64,000 nt of DNA from an uncultured Thermoplasmata archaeon (GTDB lineage Archaea > Thermoplasmatota > Thermoplasmata > Lutacidiplasmatales > UBA184). The notes under the pieces are model-generated. The model saw nothing but the letters and a program-made list of their open reading frames with translations, had not been told where the DNA came from and made no database searches. Below are positions 21,877 through 31,108 of this stretch, one piece after another (the first letter of the stretch is position 1; the number at the start of each line of letters is the position of its first letter). The position numbers were made by a program, and so were the translations under genes. Where the stretch lies: contig CAWEHV010000002.1 of NCBI GenBank assembly GCA_963809035.1, positions 1,312,113-1,376,112 on the forward strand. The letters are read 5' to 3'.

Positions 21877-22521
21877 TCAAGATTGTGCGTCCAATGAATG
21901 GGTACTTCTCGAACTCAGGTGCCCGGCTTTGCGGACATGGTAAAGGAAATCGACATCGAACGCCCGGTTCGTCAGTGTCACAGTCTTCAAAACCGGGCCA
22001 ATGACCGAACTCCGGAAGAACTTCACTCCGCACTGCGTGTCCCGTAGGGGCAAAAATAGAAGAGAGCGCGTTAGGAGGTTCCATACGCGTCCGACGGCTC
22101 GGTTGAAAAGGGGTTCCGCCCCAACCCCCGTTGCGCCACGTGTCCAGCGCGAAGCAAGGACAAAATCAACTTCCGCAAGGTGTTCCACCATTCCGAACAT
22201 CTCGGCTGGGGAGATCGGACCGTCGGCGTCGAGGTACCCTACGAATTCGAACTTTGCCTCTTTTAAGCCCTCGAGCACCGCGCCGCCCTTCCCTAATTTT
22301 GTCGGGTACCTTAGCACTCGAACATGCCGTCCAGTGTACGCCTCGGCGACCTGGGCGGTACGATCGCGAACCCCGTCAGCAACAACGATAATTTCGAACT
22401 GCTCCCCTCGGGCCTCAAGTGCAGAGACGTAGCGCTCGAGCGTCCGGGAGAGGCGGTCCTCTTCATTCCAGGCAGGAATGACGATGCTAACCCCCGGAGC
22501 GCTCAAGTCCAGCTTCGTCAC
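21877..22521 (-). CDS. GT2 glycosyltransferase, dolichyl-phosphate mannose/glucose synthase-like
   Basis: 'VSIVIPAWNEEDRLSRTLERY', 'EIIVVADGVRDRT', 'YLDADGP' (DxD); 214 aa catalytic-domain-only architecture typical of archaeal DPM-synthase-like enzymes. Confidence 0.75.
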   Translation of the reverse strand: MTKLDLSAPGVSIVIPAWNEEDRLSRTLERYVSALEARGEQFEIIVVADGVRDRTAQVAEAYTGRHVRVLRYPTKLGKGGAVLEGLKEAKFEFVGYLDADGPISPAEMFGMVEHLAEVDFVLASRWTRGATGVGAEPLFNRAVGRVWNLLTRSLLFLPLRDTQCGVKFFRSSVIGPVLKTVTLTNRAFDVDFLYHVRKAGHLSSRSTHSLDAQS

Positions 22522-22663
22522 TACCGTTTACCACGATTGTAGCCCTATTTCCCCCTTCCGAGGGACTCCACGGGCTCGGGGAGGTATAACCGGGCCCGTC
22601 CTCTGTGAAATCCAAGGAGGGAGGGTCTCGGATCGTGAATTGACGGTGTGTGTAATTGCACAT

Positions 22664-22775
22664 GCACCTACACAGTTGCTTGCTTCCGGTAAGGGGACCC
22701 TTCGGAGAGCCGGAGCTCAGCCGCCGTAGGGTTGACCCTTCTCAAAGCCGGAGATTGTCAAAGGACCCCCTGAAT
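22664..22775 (+). repeat. Intergenic repeat element copy A (contains both modules 1 and 2)
   Basis: 'cacctacacagttgcttgcttccggtaaggggaccctt...ccgccgtagggttgacccttctcaaagccggagattgtcaaaggacc'; module 1 recurs at 26917-26975 and module 2 at 30505-30595. Confidence 0.6.
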
Positions 22776-22953
22776 TTGGGCAGTAACCCTCCTCGGTCGA
22801 CAAGTCGAAAGAGGATTGGAAATGGCTCGTCCGTCAAGCCCCGGGGAGAATGGGAGCTCTCGACCCTCCTGGGCCGCGAACCATCCCTACGTCGCGAGTA
22901 GGGCCCCCTTATCCGGCTGGGGATCGTGTAAGAGGCCCTATTGTCGCTCCGAT

Positions 22954-24708
22954 CTAACCCGTGCCATCGGACATCACGGCCGCGTCGTTCGCAAACGAGA
23001 ACGCGACAAAGATTTCCCCCTTCGCACTGTCATACGCCACTCCAACAGGGGCGGAAACCAAAGGGGGGGTGGCGCCTGCCCAGACATCCCCCACCATCCT
23101 GTTTGTGGATGTCGACATCACACCAACGACCTCTGAGATCCAGCAAGTGATGAAGAGCTCCCCAGTCCCGCCATCGTACACTAGCCCGGAGGGGTAGTTG
23201 AACCAGCCAATGGTCCCGTTCACGGCCCCGTACACATTGATCCGCATCCCCGTGTTGGTCGTGTCATTGATCACGAAGACCCCTCTCCACGTTCCTAGCA
23301 CTCCATCGACCGCGACAAAGACCTCTCCGTTCGTGGGGTCATACGCGAGCATCTGGGGCTGGTAGCCTACTGGGACGGACGCCACCACCGAGTAGTTGGT
23401 ATCGTTGATCACGTTCACATCGGCCAAGGTGTAGCTTCCCACAAAGGCTGTGGCGAAGATTTCGCCTTTACCGCTGTCGTATGCAAGGCTGAGGATATTG
23501 CCTCCCATCGCAATCGTGCGGACCACTTTGTTGGTGGAAGTGGAGATCACACTTATGCCACTGCCACCGCCAACAAAGACCATCCGCTTCGCGCTGTCGT
23601 ACGCAATGCCTTGAGGATTGGCGGTCACGTTGATGTTCGCCACGACCGAGTTTGTCGCATCATCGATCACGCTTACGTTGTTCGACCCGGTATTCGTGAC
23701 AAAGATCTCGCCCTTCGCGGGGTCGTACGCCATTTGGTCAGTGTTGTTGCCTGCCGCGATGATCGCCACTACTGTGTTCGACGTGTCGTTGATCACGCTC
23801 ACGTTGTTCGCGCCCTCGTCGGAGACAAAGACCTCCCCCTTCCCGCTGTCATAGGTTGCAGCATACGGATTGCTGCCCACCGGGACGGTCGCAATGGTTT
23901 GGATTACTGATTTGTCTATGAACCCCGCCTTCGAGTTTGAGAAGGCGAAAAGGCCGAGCAGTTCGGTACGTTGAGGCGCATTGGATGCGTGATAGATTGT
24001 AGTCTCCGCGACGTGGTAGGTACCGGCCGCGAGCTGCGCCACACCAAACGCCATGCCGGGATAACTTCCAGCGGTTGCACTCGATTCGAGGGTCAGCCCC
24101 GGGATTCCTGCAAGGACGATGGTGCTGCGAGTACCGCTACTAACTCCGACGACCACGACGAACGCGGGCTCTGGCAAAACGAGCTTTTCCTTGAGCGTGC
24201 TGTTTTACCTGATAGGTAACGAGTGCGATGTGGTCTTCTCACCGTAGAACTGGAATCCGCTCACGCCCACGGCTCCAATTGAGAAGTGGTAGTCGCTTGT
24301 CGTGTAGTTGTCCAAATCAGCCTGGGTAGCGGCAATCCCTGCTGCGATGTGCCCCTGCGAATCGACGGCGGAGACCAGATTCCCGACCCAGAATCCGGTG
24401 GTTTGGCGGACACCACTGTTGGCCATCGCGAAGATGTTCAAGGTAGCAGGCGCCGTCGGGTTCGTGAAATTAAGCGAGTCCGTCTTGTTGAGGATCGAGA
24501 CACCTGTCACATAAGGGGTGGTCGCAGCCGCGCCGGTAGGTCCAGCGGCCAGGGGTGTATCGGCCATTAGGGCCGAGACAGACGGTACCAGCATGATGGC
24601 GCCGATTGCCACGACTATGGTCACGGCAATCATGTGAGCGACCCCAATACGCGCTTGGCCATTCCACCCGGACGACACCTTCTGCATGGTTCGGTCTCCC
24701 GTTCCCAA
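22954..24708 (-). pseudogene. YVTN beta-propeller surface protein with N-terminal class-III-like signal/TM, interrupted by one in-frame TAA (24205-24207)
   Basis: ORFs 24205-24708 and 22954-24177 are in the same frame, separated by a single stop. The upstream part has 'RIGVAHMIAVTIVVAIGAIMLV'. The downstream part has >=8 YVTN repeats ('VxxTIxVGxxPxGxAYDxxxGEVFVxN'). Confidence 0.55.
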
Positions 24709-24960
24709 CGCCTGGCAAAGTGGGACAGCGGCCAGAGACTACCCACCTCCGTTGATTCGAATTGACTTACAGCTAATATACACTGACATAGCGGGGGCCG
24801 TCTCGAGCTCAATCGGGCATTCGTAAGGGTTGAGGGGACGCGTCATGACTGCCTACGGTAACGGCGCAGTGCTCAAACCGTCTGTATACCCGAAACCTAT
24901 TACGCGAATCGAGCCTTCGAGCGACTGCGATGCGAATCGGAGAAAATTGGGGGGAGGAGC

Positions 24961-25380
24961 ATGGAAGGGGAAACAGCAACGAACCAGATTGGCGAGGAAG
25001 AAGGGCAGGCCATAGGCTTTCGGGTCCAGTCGGACTTAATTCACGGAGCCCGTCTTGAAGTGACAGTGCGCAGCCAGGGGAAGCTGCTGGGGGAAGAGTC
25101 AACCTCGATAGTAACCTACTGGTACGTCGTTCGAGAAGACGGCACATTGTACGGTGAGGGACACGGGATCGGCAGACTCAAGGAGGGGAGCATGGGCACA
25201 TTCACAATGTCGGGAATCGGGAGTCAGAAGACTCCCGGTGGACCTACACATTGGCGCGCGACGCTCTATTACTCGACCACCACTGGGAAGTTGTCGAAAC
25301 TCGCCCATCGACCGATTTTTGTCGAGTTCGATGTCGATGAGTCTGGGAAGGCGAAGGCACGAATCTTCGAGTGGAGGTAG
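24961..25380 (+). CDS. Hypothetical protein
   Basis: 139 aa ORF with moderate GC and no recognisable motif. Confidence 0.3.
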   Translation: MEGETATNQIGEEEGQAIGFRVQSDLIHGARLEVTVRSQGKLLGEESTSIVTYWYVVREDGTLYGEGHGIGRLKEGSMGTFTMSGIGSQKTPGGPTHWRATLYYSTTTGKLSKLAHRPIFVEFDVDESGKAKARIFEWR

Positions 25381-25721
25381 GCCGAATTTTAAGAGCGCCG
25401 GTCGTTTTTGGCCTCTACCTCATCGGAAAGCGATGGGACAACGGTTGATGAGAGGTCGGTAAAGATTGCTACTAGGACGGATCCGATCGTTACATTGATA
25501 CCCGCAACAAGCAGCAGAGGGCGCCACGTCCGCTCGTTGCTTCTATCGTGACGGTAAAGGATGAGCCCACCCTCGGTTCTCCGAGGGAGGGAATCGGTTA
25601 GTACTCTATTCGGTGGATAGCCGAATCGGGGTCGTACGCAGGCGGTCGAGAAGGTCGTCAAAGGCTCCTTCGGTCGTCGTTCGGGGGCCCGTCTTTGCCG
25701 AGCGGTCAGCTCGCCTGAAAG

Positions 25722-25958
25722 GTGGCGCCCCTACTGAGAGTCCGGCTCCGCACGACCGGGGAGAACCTCCTCGTCGCGAGCGGACCCGGGTCCGGACAGA
25801 GCGTCTTCCATGTCCATATTCACGTCATCCCGCGACAGACGGACGACGACCTCCGCTGGAATGACTGGTGGCAAACCAAAGTAAGGCCAATCGGTAGGCC
25901 CGAGCTCAGTGACTTAGCCGCTTCTATTCGGGGGTCGGCCGACCCCCCTCCCCGGTAG
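25722..25958 (+). pseudogene. HIT-family (histidine triad) hydrolase C-terminal remnant
   Basis: 'GQSVFHVHIHVIPR' is the HxHxHxx triad motif; the expected N-terminal half is not in frame. Confidence 0.4.
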
Positions 25959-26130
25959 AAATCCACCGCTTTCTGAACATCATGCAAAGGGTTCCCTTAG
26001 CCGAGTGGGGGGAATGTGTGTAACAGTACGCGCACCCACATTCCGGGCTGCCAACATTTGGGCTCCGTGAGGTCAGTCGCGCGCGACCGGCCGGCTGTAG
26101 GCACCCGTCCAAGACCCGGACGTGCACCAC

Positions 26131-26466
26131 CTATGCCAGTTCCAGGACCAGCCCCTTATCCTTGTTCGGTGAAACCATCACTTCCTGGCCGGCTTTGATC
26201 TTAAGGCGCCGAGCGAGGGGTGCCGGAATGCGAACCACCAACGAGTTGCCGGAGCGAACGACCTTGACCTTCGTCCCCAATCCCCAGAGACCGAGTTCCT
26301 TCGCTCGTTCCTCGATTGCCTTCATAGCTTCTGATCCGAGGAATGATTCGCCGCATTCGTCGCACACCTCGCCATCGTATGTGCCGAGGTCAACTCCAAA
26401 CATTTCCTCATGGACCTCCCCGGCCAGGAGCACGCCCTTGCCACAAATGGGGCACCGTTCAGCCAT
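26131..26466 (-). CDS. Zn-ribbon + AbrB/SpoVT-type DNA-binding protein (putative antitoxin)
   Basis: 'CPICGK...CDECGE' zinc ribbon followed by an AbrB swapped-hairpin region 'KVKVVRSGNSLVVRIPAPLARRLKIKAGQEVMVSP'. ATG at 26464-26466 is preceded by GGTGGTGA; the upstream gene stops at 26469. Confidence 0.6.
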   Translation of the reverse strand: MAERCPICGKGVLLAGEVHEEMFGVDLGTYDGEVCDECGESFLGSEAMKAIEERAKELGLWGLGTKVKVVRSGNSLVVRIPAPLARRLKIKAGQEVMVSPNKDKGLVLELA

Positions 26467-26468
26467 TC

Positions 26469-26675
26469 TCACCACCTCGGTTTGACCGTGATCACGTAGC
26501 ACCTAGATCTGCGCAGAACATAGACGACACTGAAGTATCGGTAAGTCGAGACAATCCGGGCGTCTTGTCGAGACTTGACCCCAATTCGAATGGCTTCCTC
26601 GACCTCGGTGGACGAGATTCCACGAAGGACCATCCGCTCTCGGGCATGGTTGCTGTAGACGACCGTGTAGGCCAT
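26469..26675 (-). CDS. DUF4258-like small protein (RelE/ParE-fold putative toxin)
   Basis: 'YTVVYSNHARERMVLRGISSTEVEEAI...RYFSVVY....YVITVKPR' matches the DUF4258 pattern (HAxERMxERGIS..EV). Confidence 0.55.
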   Translation of the reverse strand: MAYTVVYSNHARERMVLRGISSTEVEEAIRIGVKSRQDARIVSTYRYFSVVYVLRRSRCYVITVKPRW

Positions 26676-26916
26676 CTGTTACGTGTAATACATGTCATAC
26701 TATAAAGACAATCGAGGATAGGTGCAGGCCGGGTAGGACCAGGGGCCATACTCTCCGTCCTTGCACGACATTCGGGCACTAGGGCGCCCGGCCAGTTGGG
26801 GTCACGCGAGCAAAGTCCGTCCGCCTCCGGAGTTGGGGTGAACATGGATCAACCGTTGTGCGTTCAATCGACCTGGCACATCCAAGGGCAAGTGATGGCG
26901 CGGGTGCAACAGCACG

Positions 26917-26975
26917 TACACCTACACAGTTGCCCGCTTCCGGTAAGGGGTCCCTTGGCAACGCGCCGGAAGTAT
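26917..26975 (+). repeat. Intergenic repeat element copy B (module 1), ~190 nt upstream of surface protein gene 27159
   Basis: 'cacctacacagttgcccgcttccggtaaggggtcccttggcaacgcgccgg' vs copy A. Confidence 0.55.
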
Positions 26976-27158
26976 GCAATTCACCCTACACCCGCCCAAG
27001 CCTCTCCGGGCAGCGCGACTACGGTGGCAACCGCGCAATCGGCCGACGCGTCGACCCACGTTCCTTGTCGGGAGGGCCACTTCGTTGGCGAACTGCTCAC
27101 AGCCAGGTTTCCGGTCGTGTTCCACTTTGCGAACACGGCTTAGCTCTTTTAGCCCCCC

Positions 27159-30100
27159 GTGATGTCGCCTATCGATTCGATGGCGCGCCGCAACTCCAGA
27201 GTTCGTAGATTTTGGATCGTGGTCCCCCTTGTCGCCATCTTGAGCCTTTCCGGCCTTGTTGGAGCGATTCCCTCATCCTCCGCTGGTGGTTCTGGGAACG
27301 GATTTCATGGGGCAGTCGGGCACGCCACAGGCGAGGGCCGATTAGGGGCGGTCACGCCGAATCTGGGTCGCGTGACCATGGGTTCGAGCTGGCGAGCCAA
27401 CGCGGCTCGAAGTCCCTCGGCGTCATTCGCGCCATTTGTCCGGTCAACGTTGATTCTCCTGAACAGCACTCTCGCCGCCGGGAACGATTTGGCCGGGAAT
27501 GGAGAGGGTCCGTATGGGGCCGTACTGATACCAGGGACTGACTTACTAGTGATTCCGGACGAGGGAAGCGGCTACCTTTCGGTTTTGAACGTCTCGACGA
27601 ACCAGTTAATCACCGTCGGTCCGGTGGGAACGGCTCCTTCAGCCATTGCATTCGACCCGACGCGCGACCTCCTAATGGTCACTGACGAGGGAGCAGGCCA
27701 AGTCAGCATCGTGTCAGCCACGAATTACTCGGTCTTGGACCGGGTGGATGTCGGAAGCAGCCCCGATGCCATCGCCTACGACCCACTCAACGGCACCACC
27801 TACGTCGTGAACGGTAACTCAAACAACGTGACGGTCATCAACGACAGCTCCATGGCCGTGATCGCAACGATTTCGGTTGGGAATTACCCTGACGGCGTCG
27901 CAGTGGACAACCACACGGACCAGATTTTCGTCACCGATTACTACGATGATAACGTTTCGGTTATCAACGCCTCATCCAACACTGTCGTCAAGACCGTCGG
28001 GGTGGGTTCGGGTCCCAAGGGACTCGTATTTGACTATCTGTCGAACAAGGTCTACGTCGCCAACAGCGCGGGGGAAGATCTCAGTATCATCAAGGACAGC
28101 ACAGACTCCGTCACGCACACTCAAGAATACGGGGCCTACACCAGCCCCCAAACAATCGCGCTCGACCCGGCCAACGATACCCTCTACGTCACGGAAGGGT
28201 TCGCGGCCCTTTCGCCGGTGAACAATGTCACCTTGGTGAACGTCTCCACGGGTGCGGCCATACTGAATATATCGGTCGGACTCTACCCGTACGGGATCGC
28301 CTACGATCCCGCGGATCAGTCTGTATTCGTCGTCAACTCCGCTTCTGAGAACGTGAGCCGCGTCTCGACCATCTCGAACAACGTAACGGCCACCATTTCG
28401 GTCGGAACCCATCCCCACGCGATCTTCTATGACCCGAGTGCCGGTGAGATTTGGGTCTCGGACACAGACTCAAACAACCTCACCGCCATCAGTCTGACGA
28501 GTGGAAAACTCGTGGGGTACGTACCCGCGAACACGTTCCCGTCCGGCCTCGCCTTCGACCCCGCCCTGGGACAGCTACTAGTGACCGACGAGTCCTCGAA
28601 CGAGGTCACCCTGATAAACATCACGACCCACTCGGTCACCGACACGGTGCCGGTCTCGTCGCAGCCGATCGCGGCTAGCTTCGATTCGCTCAATGGCGAC
28701 TACTACATCTCCACATCCCTGGATGGCGGTGCCCTGGCCGTGCTTTCCTCGGCAAGTGACTCTGTCACCGGCAACGTCACGTTGTTGGGAGTTTTGACCC
28801 GTTCCTCGGTATTTGTCCCATCTCTGAATGAAACGTATGTCTCGGACCTAGGGTCCGCTACGATTTCGATTGTCTCCGACGTGACGAACACGCGCGTGAA
28901 GAACGTGGTCGTCGGCACTTCGCCGCTCGGGGTCGCCCTCGACCCGGCCCGAGGAGAGGTGTTCGCTGCCGATTCGGGTTCAGACCAGGTTTCCGTGATC
29001 AACACCTCGACGCAGACCGTCGTGGCGACCGTGCCGGTCGGTTCACAACCTTCGAGCGTCGGGTATGACCCCGCGGCTGGCGAAGTGTTCGTCACGAATT
29101 CGGGTTCGAACAATGTCAGCGTGATCAATGACACGACCAACACAGTCATCGCGAATCTCGCCGTTGGCGCACTCCCGATTGGAGTTACCTACGACCCGAC
29201 TAACCAATTGATGCTCGTCACGAACGAGAATCAGGGTACGGTCTCCATGATCCAAACAGCGAATACGACCTTCGCTCTCACGTTCCAGGAGTCAGGGTTG
29301 CCCGCGAGCACCCTCTGGAATGTTTCCGTGGGTGGAACGTCCCACCAATCGACGAGCTCGTCCGTAGTCTTCTCTGAACCGAACGGGACAGTCGCGTATT
29401 CGATCGGACACGTGGCAGGATACCACCCCGCGCCCTCGTCCGGGTCGTTGGTCGTCAGCGGCCAGCCTTCCATCGTCAACGTGACGTTCGCCACGAACGC
29501 CGTCCAGTTGTACAACGTGACGTTCAGTGCCCAAGGGTTGCCTTCGGGCGCGACCTTCGGGGTCACGCTTAACGGTTCTGCGATGTCCTCGTTGGGCGGT
29601 CCGCTGGTCTTCGAAGAACCGAACGGGAGCTTCCCCTTCAGTGTAAGTTCGGTCACGGGCTATCGCGCGACGCCGACGAGTGGGGCGATCGTCGTCCACG
29701 GGACTCCTGCCGACCAAACGATTACATTCACCGAGAATGCTACTCCTACCTACACGGTCGACTTCGAGGAATCTGGTTTGGCCCCGGGAACCAGGTGGTC
29801 GGTCACCTTCAACGGTTCTCTCAACGCCTCCACCACCTCGGAGATCGGCTTCAAAGTCTCGAGTGGAACCTACACGTACAACGTCACACCCATCCCCACA
29901 TACTCTGCGAGTCCCTCCCACGGCTCCGTGCCAGTCACTGGCCCGACCGCGGTCGATATCGGCTACACGATCCCAGCATATGTCGCGACGTTCACGGAGT
30001 CCGGGCTTCCCAGTTCTACCAACTGGTCAGTGACCCTTGGTGGCGAGCCATACTGGACGACCTCCGCATCGATCTACCTGGACTTGGCCAACGGCAGTTA

Positions 30101-30371
30101 CCCATGGACGGTCTCGACCGTGAAAGGATTCACGGCCACTCCGGTAAGCGGGAAGCTCTCGGTTAGCGGAGCGAATGTCACCACGCCCATCAGCTTCGCT
30201 CAGAACACCACCACCAACGTGCCGCCCTCCAACAACACCTCGAACGGAGGAGTATTGGGCCTCTCCGACCTCGATTGGGTTGTCATCGGGGTATTCGGAG
30301 CATTGGCGGTAGTGGTACTCGCGGTCGTTCTGACGAGGTACCGGCGACCCGGCGCTCCTCCCGAGACCTGA
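27159..30371 (+). CDS. Surface protein: signal peptide, ~14 YVTN beta-propeller repeats, 7 'FxESGLPxxTxW' repeat modules, C-terminal TM anchor
   Basis: 'RRFWIVVPLVAILSLSGLVGA' signal; repeated 'VxVGxxPxxIAYDPxxGxxYVxN'; repeats 'FALTFQESGLPASTLWNVSV', 'YNVTFSAQGLPSGATFGVTL', etc.; C-terminus 'LSDLDWVVIGVFGALAVVVLAVVLTRYRRPG'. Confidence 0.8.
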   Translation: MMSPIDSMARRNSRVRRFWIVVPLVAILSLSGLVGAIPSSSAGGSGNGFHGAVGHATGEGRLGAVTPNLGRVTMGSSWRANAARSPSASFAPFVRSTLILLNSTLAAGNDLAGNGEGPYGAVLIPGTDLLVIPDEGSGYLSVLNVSTNQLITVGPVGTAPSAIAFDPTRDLLMVTDEGAGQVSIVSATNYSVLDRVDVGSSPDAIAYDPLNGTTYVVNGNSNNVTVINDSSMAVIATISVGNYPDGVAVDNHTDQIFVTDYYDDNVSVINASSNTVVKTVGVGSGPKGLVFDYLSNKVYVANSAGEDLSIIKDSTDSVTHTQEYGAYTSPQTIALDPANDTLYVTEGFAALSPVNNVTLVNVSTGAAILNISVGLYPYGIAYDPADQSVFVVNSASENVSRVSTISNNVTATISVGTHPHAIFYDPSAGEIWVSDTDSNNLTAISLTSGKLVGYVPANTFPSGLAFDPALGQLLVTDESSNEVTLINITTHSVTDTVPVSSQPIAASFDSLNGDYYISTSLDGGALAVLSSASDSVTGNVTLLGVLTRSSVFVPSLNETYVSDLGSATISIVSDVTNTRVKNVVVGTSPLGVALDPARGEVFAADSGSDQVSVINTSTQTVVATVPVGSQPSSVGYDPAAGEVFVTNSGSNNVSVINDTTNTVIANLAVGALPIGVTYDPTNQLMLVTNENQGTVSMIQTANTTFALTFQESGLPASTLWNVSVGGTSHQSTSSSVVFSEPNGTVAYSIGHVAGYHPAPSSGSLVVSGQPSIVNVTFATNAVQLYNVTFSAQGLPSGATFGVTLNGSAMSSLGGPLVFEEPNGSFPFSVSSVTGYRATPTSGAIVVHGTPADQTITFTENATPTYTVDFEESGLAPGTRWSVTFNGSLNASTTSEIGFKVSSGTYTYNVTPIPTYSASPSHGSVPVTGPTAVDIGYTIPAYVATFTESGLPSSTNWSVTLGGEPYWTTSASIYLDLANGSYPWTVSTVKGFTATPVSGKLSVSGANVTTPISFAQNTTTNVPPSNNTSNGGVLGLSDLDWVVIGVFGALAVVVLAVVLTRYRRPGAPPET

Positions 30372-30504
30372 TCCTGAGTCGATCCCACCCCGAGCTCGGG
30401 TAGACGCTTCTCGATCAATCCTACCGATCGTGACGACACCGGAGTGTCGAACGTGTACTGGCGCTTTTGTCCATCCCCTCGCCTAGTCCGACCTTTACGG
30501 GGCT

Positions 30505-30595
30505 TCCGCATAGGGTCCCTTCTGAAAGTCGGAGTTCCGCCGCCGTAGGGTTGACCCTTCGCAAGACCGGAGATTGCCAAAGGAGCCCATAGAGA
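30505..30595 (+). repeat. Intergenic repeat element copy C (module 2) between surface protein genes
   Basis: 'ccgccgtagggttgacccttcgcaagaccggagattgccaaaggagcc', ~90 % identical to copy A module 2. Confidence 0.55.
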
Positions 30596-31108
30596 ACCCT
30601 CTGATTAGAAATGGGTCAGAGCCAACGAAGAAGGGCTGGGTCCTTCCCCAAAGAGCCCGTTGACAGCGAGGCTGCACTGATCCCGCCTGGCTCTCAGCAT
30701 AGATGAACGGAGCACACACTCGGTGATCGACCGGGAGGAGCGAGGGGAGCCACGCAGAGGGCGACGCCCCGCCTCGCCAGGAAAGCAAGCCCATCCAGTT
30801 GACCTGGGGCAGGCCTACTCGACGCCATGCGCCTGCACGTCGTTCTTCAAGACCACCCCAGGTAGAGAGCGGAGTCGAGGCAGAACCAGATAGCACCGGC
30901 CCGGCGGACTTGTCAGTGGCGAGTGTTCTCCTCGGCGTTTGCCATTGGAGGCAGTCGCCGGGCCAGCAGGGGCGCCAACCGCCCCTCTCCCCACCCCCTC
31001 ACCCTGTGCAAACCGGCGGGGTACAATGTCAAGTCCGCGTGACTAAAGGTTCAAGAGCCCAGTCCCGGACCTATCCGCTGGTCCTTCCGGGATTGGGAGC
31101 AAGCCATC

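Noticed and set aside
27100-27160. Possible archaeal BRE/TATA ('gctcttttagcc') upstream of 27159
   Set aside because: It is too close to the start codon and too weak to call without transcript-start data.
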